Shown piece by piece: positions 1-7,915 of a DNA stretch of 31,146 bases. Below the pieces are notes generated by a model that did no database searches, was not told where the DNA came from, and worked only from the letters and a program-made list of their open reading frames with translations. The translations under genes were made by a program, and so were the position numbers. Source of the DNA: an uncultured Planctomycetaceae bacterium (GTDB lineage Bacteria; Planctomycetota; Planctomycetia; Planctomycetales; Planctomycetaceae); the NCBI GenBank assembly GCA_903823635.1, contig CAIJTV010000149.1:1-31146 (forward strand). The letters are read 5' to 3'. How positions within the stretch are numbered: the stretch's first letter is position 1; the number at the start of each line of letters is the position of its first letter.

Positions 1-204
1 CGATCGTTCGGTACACGCTGGTCACGCAGGGTGATGCCGGCAGAACTCAAGATGCTGATGCGTCACGCTGATGTTGAGACGACCATGAAGTACTACGTGG
101 ACATCGACTCTGATCATATTTCCGCAGGACTGTGGGCGAGATTCAGCAACGAAAAAACCGTACCTGAAAAAACCGACTCAGGTACGGTTTCAGGTACGGT
201 TTAA
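1..204 (+). CDS. Tyrosine recombinase/integrase, C-terminal fragment (5' part outside window)
   Basis: Frame 1 reads RSFGTRWSRRVMPAELKMLMRHADVETTMKYYVDIDSDHISAGLWARFSNEKTVPEKTDSGTVSGTV*. This matches the integrase box II pattern (R..F...W; L(M)RH....T..YY, with the catalytic His and Tyr). Stop TAA at 202-204. Not in the ORF track. Confidence 0.88.
   Translation, partial: RSFGTRWSRRVMPAELKMLMRHADVETTMKYYVDIDSDHISAGLWARFSNEKTVPEKTDSGTVSGTV
155..202. repeat. TCAGGTACGGTT tandem repeat (178-189, 190-201) plus inverted copy (156-167); candidate integrase arm-type sites and/or terminator for tRNA-Pro
   Basis: Exact 12-mers read directly. On the minus strand, 178-190 pairs with 155-167 and is followed by a T run (+ strand A152-157). 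Confidence 0.75.
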
Positions 205-205
205 G

Positions 206-280
206 TCGGGAATACAGGATTTGAACCTGCGACCTCTTGGCCCCCAGCCAAGCGCGCTAGCCAGGCTGCGCTAATTCCCG
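206..280 (-). tRNA. tRNA-Pro(GGG)
   Basis: Minus strand reads CGGGAATTAGCGCAGCCTGGCTAGCGCGCTTGGCTGGGGGCCAAGAGGTCGCAGGTTCAAATCCTGTATTCCCGA. Acceptor stem CGGGAAT/ATTCCCG, anticodon stem CTTGG/CCAAG with loop CT-GGG-GG, T-loop GTTCAAATC. Full CCA not encoded. Confidence 0.97.
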
Positions 281-290
281 AGTGGTTATG

Positions 291-319
291 ACTCTAACAA
301 GAAAAATCGAGGGTCGCAA
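291..319 (-). promoter_or_regulatory. Putative sigma70 promoter of tRNA-Pro
   Basis: Minus strand TTGCGA (314-319), 17-nt spacer, TAGAGT (291-296), 10 nt upstream of the tRNA 5' end. Confidence 0.5.
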
Positions 320-388
320 TCACCAGTGCGGCGACTGTAAGAGGATCAGACGATTCAATGATGGACAAAACCGGGCCATCAACGCAAA

Positions 389-504
389 GGGGGCGAAACG
401 CTGTCTCCGCACGCACCCGAGTACCGTGACCGCAGGGCTGCTTCCTCTCGGACCTGACCCGGTTAGGCTGGACCCGCCGCGATTGGAGACAGCGTTTCGC
501 CCCC
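389..504 (-). ncRNA. ffs: Signal recognition particle RNA (small bacterial SRP/4.5S RNA)
   Basis: Minus strand contains the conserved domain IV GGTCAGGTCCGAGAGGAAGCAGCC. It is closed by a perfect 20-bp terminal stem (389-408 / 485-504) and followed by TTT. Length 116 nt. Confidence 0.93.
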
Positions 505-533
505 GATTGAAACGGCGGAAAACGCAGGGGCGG

Positions 534-561
534 ATTATTCAATGGATCAGCTCCATTGCAA
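534..561 (-). promoter_or_regulatory. Possible sigma70 promoter of ffs
   Basis: TTGCAA (556-561), 16-nt spacer, AATAAT (534-539), then a GC-rich discriminator-like CCGCCCC. Confidence 0.3.
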
Positions 562-1094
562 GCCCCTCAGCCTTCGATTGCGGATTTCCTCGACAACCTC
601 CGCGGAGCGAAACTTCGCCTGGAGCGACTATTCCTGGAGGCTTCCTGAGTCCAGCGACTTCATCGCTACGGCATTTCCCGCGCTGGCGAACCGCCAAAAG
701 CGAATCTGGCCGCTTAGCCCGCAAAATCATGCCAGCAGCCCTCCTTCACTCCGCCCCGAGCCCTAAAACGGACGATTTTTCGGAAAGAAGGCTTCGCCAA
801 GTCCCTACTTAACCATGACTGAAGTAGAAAAGTCTGAAACGGGCTCCGCGGGACCCAGACTTTCAGAAAATTCTGCCTGAATTACTCAAAGCCAACCTCC
901 GATGATCCTCTGTAAATGAAGTGAAGGCTTGGTTTTGTGATTGATTCAGCGCCCCTAGGGATGCCATGATGCTGCCCATTCCGGCTTTGTGCTGGTTGTC
1001 AGCGGAGTACTCCCCAAGCGTTAATCGTCTTGGCAATAAACAACTTCGCTCCCACGAGCGGAATAGATGTCGTTGAAGTTAAGGGATCAAAGAA

Positions 1095-2645
1095 ATGGCC
1101 TTTAAGAAGCGAAACGTAGATCGCCGCAAGCTCGACGCCCCGATTTTTTCGGGAGCCGCCGAAGTCTGTGAAACGCGTGCTCTGCTGAGTGCTGACGGCG
1201 TTTGCCTGCCAGCTGTGGATGCCGACGCCGTTGTCATTGAAGATATTGAAGCCACTGACTCCGAAGAAGTTGTCGGCGTCGACGCATCCTTAGAAGATGG
1301 CGAGTGCATTCCTGAACTGGCGATCTGCACGATGTTGCCAATGATCGACGGCGAAGTCGTTGAAGATCTGAGTGCCGGTGATGAGAACGACGTTGTCGAC
1401 CCTTCCCTGATGTTCTACAGCTTCATGTCATCTGAAGGTGGCGATCCAGAGGTCGCTGTCTGCGATGGCCTGGTGATCGAAGAAGAGCCGGTATTCAAAG
1501 GCGACAGCGAAGAAGACGGCGTAGTCGATGGTGAAGAGCCTGTCGAAGTGACTTTTGAAGACTTTGATCCATCCTGGGTTATCCGCTCGTTTGGCGCGCC
1601 CAGTGGTGAAGTCGTTGACGATTTAGCCTTCACCTGCGGCGTTGTTGACGACGAAGTGGTCCTGAATGATGTCGTTGAAGAAGTTGTGGTTGATGAAGAG
1701 TTTGTCGATGTGACAACTCTGGAAGACTACGATCCTTCATGGGCGTATCGGTCATTTGTCACTGGCGTGCCGGAAGATGGCACAGAAGTGATTGACGACG
1801 TCGTTGACGGCGAAGAGAAGCCGGAAGTCGTTGAAGAAGAGTATTTCGATATCACAACGATGGAAGACTACGATCCTTCCTGGGCTTATCGTGGCACCGT
1901 AGTTGATGGCGAAAAGGTCGTTGACGAAGAAGAAGTCGTTGCTGAAGACGGGGAAGTCACTGAAGAAGAGATCGTGTACCTTCAGGATGGCTATGTCGAT
2001 GTCGAAGACGGTGGCGAAGTTCCTGTTCGATACTATTTTGGGATGAACTTCCGCGGTAACACTGGCGGTGAGATTCCTGTCGATGTTCTTGCGATGTCCT
2101 CCGGTGCACCTGCAATCGACTCCACTCCATCTGCGATGGGTCCAGTTGCTGTATCAACTCCTGCCGTTGCTCCAGTCGCTAATATTCCGATTGTGGTTAA
2201 TCAGCCATCAGTGATGCCGACGGTTGTGTCCCCAAGTCTGTCAATTCCCGTCAACCAGGGTGGATTCTCTCCACTCTTTGGTAAAGAAGAAGAGCTTCTG
2301 GTAACCACGTTGGCTCCAGTCGTTTCTGAAATCGAACCGCTGGTTTCTGAAGTTGAAGCCACCGTATCATCAGGACTTGGTTCCGAGTTTGGTGATTTGA
2401 TTGGCTCCAGCTCCGACAGCTCTGATGCTCCCGTCGGTGAGTTGACTCCGATCTTCGGAGAAGAACAGGACGTGGAAGAGTCTGAGGAACTACCGGCCAC
2501 TGAAGATGTACCGGTCGAAACAGACGAGCCTGTCAGCTCGGTTGAAGGTCCTCAGCAGCCTGTCATGGTCGCATCACGAGCGACCTACGGTCGGTCGATC
2601 GACGAGTTCATGTCTGAGTTCGCGATGAGCGGCTTTGCTGGCTAA
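1095..2645 (+). CDS. Highly acidic (D/E/V-rich) low-complexity protein with N-terminal LEPR-xLL-like motif and EDYDPSWAYRS-type repeats, 516 aa
   Basis: Long ORF with AAGGGA upstream. EVCETRALLSA resembles the Planctomycete LExRxLLS motif. Three (T/M/L/F)ED(Y/F)DPSW repeats. A terminator follows. Confidence 0.85.
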   Translation: MAFKKRNVDRRKLDAPIFSGAAEVCETRALLSADGVCLPAVDADAVVIEDIEATDSEEVVGVDASLEDGECIPELAICTMLPMIDGEVVEDLSAGDENDVVDPSLMFYSFMSSEGGDPEVAVCDGLVIEEEPVFKGDSEEDGVVDGEEPVEVTFEDFDPSWVIRSFGAPSGEVVDDLAFTCGVVDDEVVLNDVVEEVVVDEEFVDVTTLEDYDPSWAYRSFVTGVPEDGTEVIDDVVDGEEKPEVVEEEYFDITTMEDYDPSWAYRGTVVDGEKVVDEEEVVAEDGEVTEEEIVYLQDGYVDVEDGGEVPVRYYFGMNFRGNTGGEIPVDVLAMSSGAPAIDSTPSAMGPVAVSTPAVAPVANIPIVVNQPSVMPTVVSPSLSIPVNQGGFSPLFGKEEELLVTTLAPVVSEIEPLVSEVEATVSSGLGSEFGDLIGSSSDSSDAPVGELTPIFGEEQDVEESEELPATEDVPVETDEPVSSVEGPQQPVMVASRATYGRSIDEFMSEFAMSGFAG

Positions 2646-2673
2646 TTGCCACAAATATTCGCCTGAACACTAC

Positions 2674-2714
2674 AATCCGGTCATAAGTGATTCATCGCTT
2701 ATGACCGGATTTTT
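2674..2714 (+). terminator. Rho-independent terminator
   Basis: Stem AATCCGGTCATAAG (2674-2687) / CTTATGACCGGATT (2698-2711) running into TTT, 29 nt after the stop codon. Confidence 0.8.
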
Positions 2715-2784
2715 CGCGCGCTGACTACTGGCATTTTGTTTAGTGTTTCTTTGTCTCGGTCTCGATATCAGAGGAATGAACGAC

Positions 2785-2813
2785 TTGACAGAACGGTCGA
2801 ATCGGCGTGTAAT
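2785..2813 (+). promoter_or_regulatory. Putative sigma70 promoter upstream of the KS-like gene
   Basis: TTGACA (2785-2790), 17-nt spacer, TGTAAT (2808-2813). Confidence 0.6.
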
Positions 2814-3089
2814 CAACGTTGAGGAAGAGTGCAGGATGCTGGAGCGGGGAGGCTTTGCGTCCGAAAACACTCTTATGTGAATGGTGTGTGAAATCCTGAA
2901 TTGGCTTTTTGCGGGGGCAAAGCGCCGATAACGGAGGGATAGATCAGACCATTTAACGACAGGATTGCCTGAAATTCGTGGGGAATACAGGGCAGTCTTT
3001 CACCGAAACGGAAGTCTTCGGTGTACCAAGATGGGTCGGGCTTTCTGTGCGATTGAGTCGTGCGGATGGCTTCAGATTGAGGCGTTTCC

Positions 3090-4376
3090 ATGGCTGGGCG
3101 CAATGGGATTCGCGTCGTTGTGACGGGCGTTGGGGTTGTTTCTCCAATCGGTATCGGCAACGATCGCTTCTGGGACAGTTTGGTGAACAACCGGACTGGC
3201 ATAGACTTTCTGCAGTCTATGCCGTCAGACGGCCTGCCTTCTGCTTTTGGTGCCGAAGTCCGTGATTTCAACCCTGTAAACTTTCTTCGCGATAAAAAGT
3301 TCGTGAAGGTGATGTGCCGAGACATCCAGTTGGGCGTGGCTTCGTCCAGTCTTGCTGTTAAAGATGCTCAGGTTGCTTCTGGCTGGATTGATCCGGACCG
3401 CTTTGGCGTCGTCTTTGGCGCTGGTCGTATGACCTGCCATCCATCAGAGCTGGCGGCCGCTGTCGAAGTTTGCCGAACCGAAGGTGGATTTGATCCCGAT
3501 AAATGGGGTCCGGAAGCCCTCGCCAGCATTGCTCCTCTGTGGTTGCTGCGTCAGCTTCCGAACATGCCGGCCAGCCATGTTTCCATCGACCACAATGCAT
3601 GTGGCCCGAATAATACTATTACCTGCCGTGATGCGTCCGCGATTCTGGCTTTGTCCGAAGCTGTTCGAGTCATCGAAGCGGGCAGGGCGGATGCGATGAT
3701 CGTCGGAGCCTGCAGCTCCAATATTCATCCCGTTGATATTGCGAAGTTCCATCGCTTCGAAGGTTTGTCACGACGCAACGACGATCCATCACGCGCGTGT
3801 CGACCGTTCGACTTTGAGCGCGATGGAACAGTCGTCGGTGAAGGCGCTGCGTCCTTCGTTGTTGAAAGCTATGAGCACGCAGTCCGCCGTGGTGCAAATA
3901 TCTACGCCGAAGTTCTGGGCGTTGGCGCTGGGTGTGATGGCAAGGGTCTGGCCAATGAATCAGCCGGACTGGGTCTTGTGCGAGCGATGCAGTCGGCTAT
4001 TGATGGTGCTGGTATTTCGGCATCAGAGCTTGGTCACATCAATGCTCAGGGCAAGAGTACTCAGCCGGACGATATTGTCGAAGCTCGTGCCTATCACCGC
4101 GTGTTTGGTGATCTGGCTTTGAAGATCCCGGTGACCGCTCTAAAAAGCTACGTCGGGCACTTCGATGCGGGTGCTGGCGCTGTCGAATTGGCCGGCACTT
4201 TGCTGTCCCTGAAGAACGGCTACATTCCGGCCACGCTGAATTATGAGATTCCGGATCCACGCTGCCGCCTGAATGTGGCTCGTGGTGAGGCGACTCGACT
4301 TAGCAACCGTACCGCCATCACGGTCAATCGAACCGCGATGGGCCAGAGTGCTGCGGCGGTGCTGCGAGCAATCTGA
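3090..4376 (+). CDS. FabF-like beta-ketoacyl-ACP synthase family protein with degenerate active site, 428 aa
   Basis: N-terminal RVVVTGVGVVSPIG, RPFDFERDGTVVGEGAA and KSYVGH motifs of the thiolase-fold KS family. GAGG RBS at 3079-3082. The catalytic Cys position is Asp and the first His is Gln. Confidence 0.92.
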   Translation: MAGRNGIRVVVTGVGVVSPIGIGNDRFWDSLVNNRTGIDFLQSMPSDGLPSAFGAEVRDFNPVNFLRDKKFVKVMCRDIQLGVASSSLAVKDAQVASGWIDPDRFGVVFGAGRMTCHPSELAAAVEVCRTEGGFDPDKWGPEALASIAPLWLLRQLPNMPASHVSIDHNACGPNNTITCRDASAILALSEAVRVIEAGRADAMIVGACSSNIHPVDIAKFHRFEGLSRRNDDPSRACRPFDFERDGTVVGEGAASFVVESYEHAVRRGANIYAEVLGVGAGCDGKGLANESAGLGLVRAMQSAIDGAGISASELGHINAQGKSTQPDDIVEARAYHRVFGDLALKIPVTALKSYVGHFDAGAGAVELAGTLLSLKNGYIPATLNYEIPDPRCRLNVARGEATRLSNRTAITVNRTAMGQSAAAVLRAI

Positions 4377-4509
4377 TTTTGCTGTCTCTGAACGGCCTTG
4401 AGTGAACCTGGTGTTTTCTTTGCTGGCGCGGATGTTAAGCTGGTAAGCCCGCTTCCCACTAGATCCTGCCCTGATTCACTCCCACCGTTCCAGACAGAAA
4501 GTCTCCGGC

Positions 4510-7500
4510 ATGCTGCGCTGTTTGATTGCGACTGTCTGTGTGCTGATCACTGTGTGGGCGGGCTTTGGTTCTGCACGAGCCGATGAATTAGACCCAGCCG
4601 CCGATGTCGACTATGAGCGAGTCATCAAACCGCTGCTGCTCAACAAATGCGCGGCGTGTCATGGGGCGATTCGACAAAGTTCCGGGCTGCGGCTGGATCA
4701 CGGCTCCTTGATTCGCAAGGGCGGCGAGAGCGGTGCGGCGATTGAACCGGGGCGAAGTGACACCAGTCTGCTGATCCAGAGAGTCTCGGCCACCGACGGC
4801 AGCCAGCGAATGCCACCGGAAGGTCAGGGAGAAAAGCTGACCAACGAGCAGATTGAACTGCTGAAACAGTGGATCGATGCAGGTGCTACTTCTCCGCAGA
4901 ACGAAGAAATCCCGGAAGACCCGGCTCACTATTGGTCGTATCAGAGCCCAATTTCACCCGACATACCAAGCGTAAAAAACGTTGATTGGGTCCGAACTCC
5001 GATCGATGCGTTTATCGCAGCCCAGCATGAGTCTCGAGGACTACAACCATCGCTGGAAGCACCACGCGAGGTGTGGCTTCGCAGGGTCTATCTCGATCTG
5101 ATCGGAATTCCTCCGACGCAAACCGAGCTCCATGCCTTTCTGAGTGACCATTCCGAGAATGCTTATGAAGCTGTCGTCGACAAACTTCTCGCCCGGCCTG
5201 AATACGGCCAGCGCTGGGGACGACACTGGATGGATGTCTGGCGTTACAGCGACTGGTATGGCAGCCGAGGCATCAATGAGATTCGCTACAGTCAGCGTCA
5301 CATCTGGCGGTGGCGGGACTGGACTGTTGAATCACTGAACGAGGACAAGCCTTATGACCGAATGGTCATGGAGATGCTGGCGGGTGATGAACTGGCTCCG
5401 GCCGATCCCAATGTGCTCCGTGCCACGGGCTACCTTGGTCGGAACTGGTACAAGTTTGACCGCAACGTCTGGATGTTTGATACGGTCGAACAAACCAGTC
5501 AGGCGTTCCTTGGCCTGACCATGAAATGTGCTCGCTGCCACGATCATAAATTTGACCCGATCACTCAGGAAGATTACTATCATCTGCGCGCGTTCTTTGA
5601 ACCGCATGATGTCCGCACCGATCCGATCGGCGGCTCCCAGGAGACAGAGAAGGACGCGACTCTGGGCCCGGTACTTCGCGAGGGCGTGGCGCGGGTTTAT
5701 GACAAAGAACTCGAAGCCAAAACGTATGTCTTTGAGCGAGGCGATAACCGCTATCCTGATCAATCAAGGCTGATGTCTCCAGCGGTTCCCAGGGCTCTGG
5801 GTTCGCTCGCGGAAGAAATTCAACCCGTCGCACTTTCGGCCGACGCGTGGCAGCCGCACCTTCGCACGGCGGTGGCTGAGGGTCTTGTGAAGAATGCAGA
5901 ATCGGAGATTACTCTGGCAGCAGAAAAGATTCGCACAACTCAGGCCGAAGCGAACACTGCTCAGCAGGCGCTGGCGGCATTCGAAGCCCGGCTGGCTGAA
6001 CAGAAGTTGTCCGGGGCGTCGGGCGAAGCCATCGCGGACGCCAAACCTGTTCTCAATGATCAGTTCGGTACTCCCACAGAAACGTGGAGGGTTGTTTCAG
6101 GGCAGTGGGACTGGAAAGACGGCCGCCTTATTGAATCATCAGTCGGAAACTTTTCGACAATCGTGGCTGATGTGATTCATCCCAGGAATTTCCAGGCGCG
6201 CGTTCGTTACCGCACAATGCAACCGGGAACAATTCGTTCGGTGGGGTTTAGTTTCGACTATATCGATAACGGAAACTCCCAGGATGTCTATACCGCGACG
6301 GGCGATTCGTCGCAGTCGGTCCAGGCCTTTCATCGCAAAGGCGGTCAGCAGTTTTATCCTGCGGCTGGGATCGTTCGAACAAAGCTGACCGTGGGCGACG
6401 AGACGGTGGTTGAAATCACCGTACGAGAGCAACTGCTTCAGCTCAAACTGAATGGCGAACACAAGCTGGACTACGTGATCCCGGAGGCGCGTCGCCAGGG
6501 TAAGTTTGCTCTGTGGGTTCATAGTGGCTCGGCTGAATTTCTGGAGGTCGACATTCGGGAACTGGTCCCCAGTCTGACCGAACTTCAACTGGCTCAGCAA
6601 ACAGCACTGCACAATGTCAAAGTTGCCGAGCAGCAACTTGTGATCACTGAGAAGCAGAAGCTGTCGCTGATGGCACGGCTGGCGGCTGAGCGAGCCAAGT
6701 ATTCTGACGAGCCCGCAGAAGACGTCCGAGAGAAGAGCCGAGCTGCCAGCCGAGCCGAACGAGAAGTTGCGGCAGCCAAAGTTGCGGCCGAAGTGCTCGC
6801 AGCCGAACATTTGCTGGCCCTGGCGAACGTTTCTTCCAGCCCGGATAAAGCAGTCACAGATCCAAAACCTTCATTGACCGACGCTGAAAAGAAGCTGACA
6901 GAAGCGAAAGCAAAATTGGCGGATGCGATTAGTACGATCGATAAGGCCGATGAGACCTACACAGCGCTGGGGCCCACTTTTCCTTCGACCTCATCCGGCC
7001 GACGCCTTGCTCTCGCACGCTGGATCGTCGGCCCGAAGAATCCACGAGCGTCACGCATTGCCGTGAATCACATCTGGTTGCGACATTTTGGCGAAGCCCT
7101 GGTGCCGTCTGTGGCCAACTTCGGACTCAACGGTCAACGTCCGTCGCATCCTGAACTCCTGGACTGGCTGGCGACAGAATTGGTGCGTCAGGAATGGAGG
7201 ATGAAACCGATTCATCGGATGATTGTGCTGTCTGCAGTCTATCGACAAACATCGGCCACAGGGCCAGAAACGGACGTCCTCGCGAACAACAGTACCGTTG
7301 ATCCAACGAATCGATTTCTGTGGCGAATGAATTCCAGACGCATGGAATCGGAAGTGGTCCGAGATTCGGTATTGGCCGTTTCCGGCAAACTGGATTGCTC
7401 CTCGGGAGGCCCCGAGATTCCAGAGACTGAGTCATTATCCAACTTTCGTCGCAGCCTGTATTTTCGCAGCACTCCGAATGAGAAGGCTGGCTTTCTTGAG

Positions 7501-7908
7501 ACCTTCGATGCGGCGAATCCCAACGAGTGCTATCGTCGTCAGGAAAGCGTGGTCCCGCAACAGGCTCTGGCGCTGATGAACAGCAGTCTGACGCTTGATC
7601 TGGCACGTCAACTGGCTGAGAAATGGAGCACCGCCGCAGGGGAGGACGACAGCCGGGAAGTCCGGACGGCCTTCGTTACGACAGCGTTTGAGAATTTGCT
7701 GACTCGACAACCTACGACGACCGAGCTGGAAAGCTGCCTGATGTTTCTGGATCGAACGATGGCCACGATCGCTGATCCGGATCTCAAAATGTTCCCGGCA
7801 GGCGGGCAGACGTCCAGTCGACCCGCCGCGAAAGACGCGTGGTTGAGAGCCCGCGAGAACCTGGTTCACGTCCTGTTCAGTCACAATGATTTTGTCACGA
7901 TCCGCTGA
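4510..7908 (+). CDS. Planctomycete cytochrome c / DUF1549 / DUF1553 (PSCyt1-PSCyt2-PSD1) protein with inserted ConA-like domain, 1132 aa
   Basis: Signal peptide; CAACH plus RMPP...W(I)DAGA; PIDAFI, YGQRWGRHWMDVWRY, CARCHDHKFDPI; GRRLALARWI, PSHPELLDWLA, VPQQALALMN. Confidence 0.95.
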   Translation: MLRCLIATVCVLITVWAGFGSARADELDPAADVDYERVIKPLLLNKCAACHGAIRQSSGLRLDHGSLIRKGGESGAAIEPGRSDTSLLIQRVSATDGSQRMPPEGQGEKLTNEQIELLKQWIDAGATSPQNEEIPEDPAHYWSYQSPISPDIPSVKNVDWVRTPIDAFIAAQHESRGLQPSLEAPREVWLRRVYLDLIGIPPTQTELHAFLSDHSENAYEAVVDKLLARPEYGQRWGRHWMDVWRYSDWYGSRGINEIRYSQRHIWRWRDWTVESLNEDKPYDRMVMEMLAGDELAPADPNVLRATGYLGRNWYKFDRNVWMFDTVEQTSQAFLGLTMKCARCHDHKFDPITQEDYYHLRAFFEPHDVRTDPIGGSQETEKDATLGPVLREGVARVYDKELEAKTYVFERGDNRYPDQSRLMSPAVPRALGSLAEEIQPVALSADAWQPHLRTAVAEGLVKNAESEITLAAEKIRTTQAEANTAQQALAAFEARLAEQKLSGASGEAIADAKPVLNDQFGTPTETWRVVSGQWDWKDGRLIESSVGNFSTIVADVIHPRNFQARVRYRTMQPGTIRSVGFSFDYIDNGNSQDVYTATGDSSQSVQAFHRKGGQQFYPAAGIVRTKLTVGDETVVEITVREQLLQLKLNGEHKLDYVIPEARRQGKFALWVHSGSAEFLEVDIRELVPSLTELQLAQQTALHNVKVAEQQLVITEKQKLSLMARLAAERAKYSDEPAEDVREKSRAASRAEREVAAAKVAAEVLAAEHLLALANVSSSPDKAVTDPKPSLTDAEKKLTEAKAKLADAISTIDKADETYTALGPTFPSTSSGRRLALARWIVGPKNPRASRIAVNHIWLRHFGEALVPSVANFGLNGQRPSHPELLDWLATELVRQEWRMKPIHRMIVLSAVYRQTSATGPETDVLANNSTVDPTNRFLWRMNSRRMESEVVRDSVLAVSGKLDCSSGGPEIPETESLSNFRRSLYFRSTPNEKAGFLETFDAANPNECYRRQESVVPQQALALMNSSLTLDLARQLAEKWSTAAGEDDSREVRTAFVTTAFENLLTRQPTTTELESCLMFLDRTMATIADPDLKMFPAGGQTSSRPAAKDAWLRARENLVHVLFSHNDFVTIR

Positions 7909-7915
7909 GGCCTCC

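Noticed and set aside
282-812. ORF-track 176-aa ORF and overlapping short ORFs (294-542, 539-730, 542-766)
   Set aside because: They overlap the SRP RNA and stable-RNA promoters, and have no recognisable motifs or RBS.
2840-2900. Minus-strand GGACGCAAAGCCTCC resembling the core of a c-di-GMP-I (GEMM) riboswitch
   Set aside because: The upstream GGCAAA element and GNRA tetraloop are absent, and no minus-strand gene lies downstream for it to control.
2873-3325. Antisense ORFs over the KS leader and gene, and the many other shadow ORFs opposite long genes
   Set aside because: They are antisense or alternate-frame by-products of GC-rich coding sequence with no family motifs.
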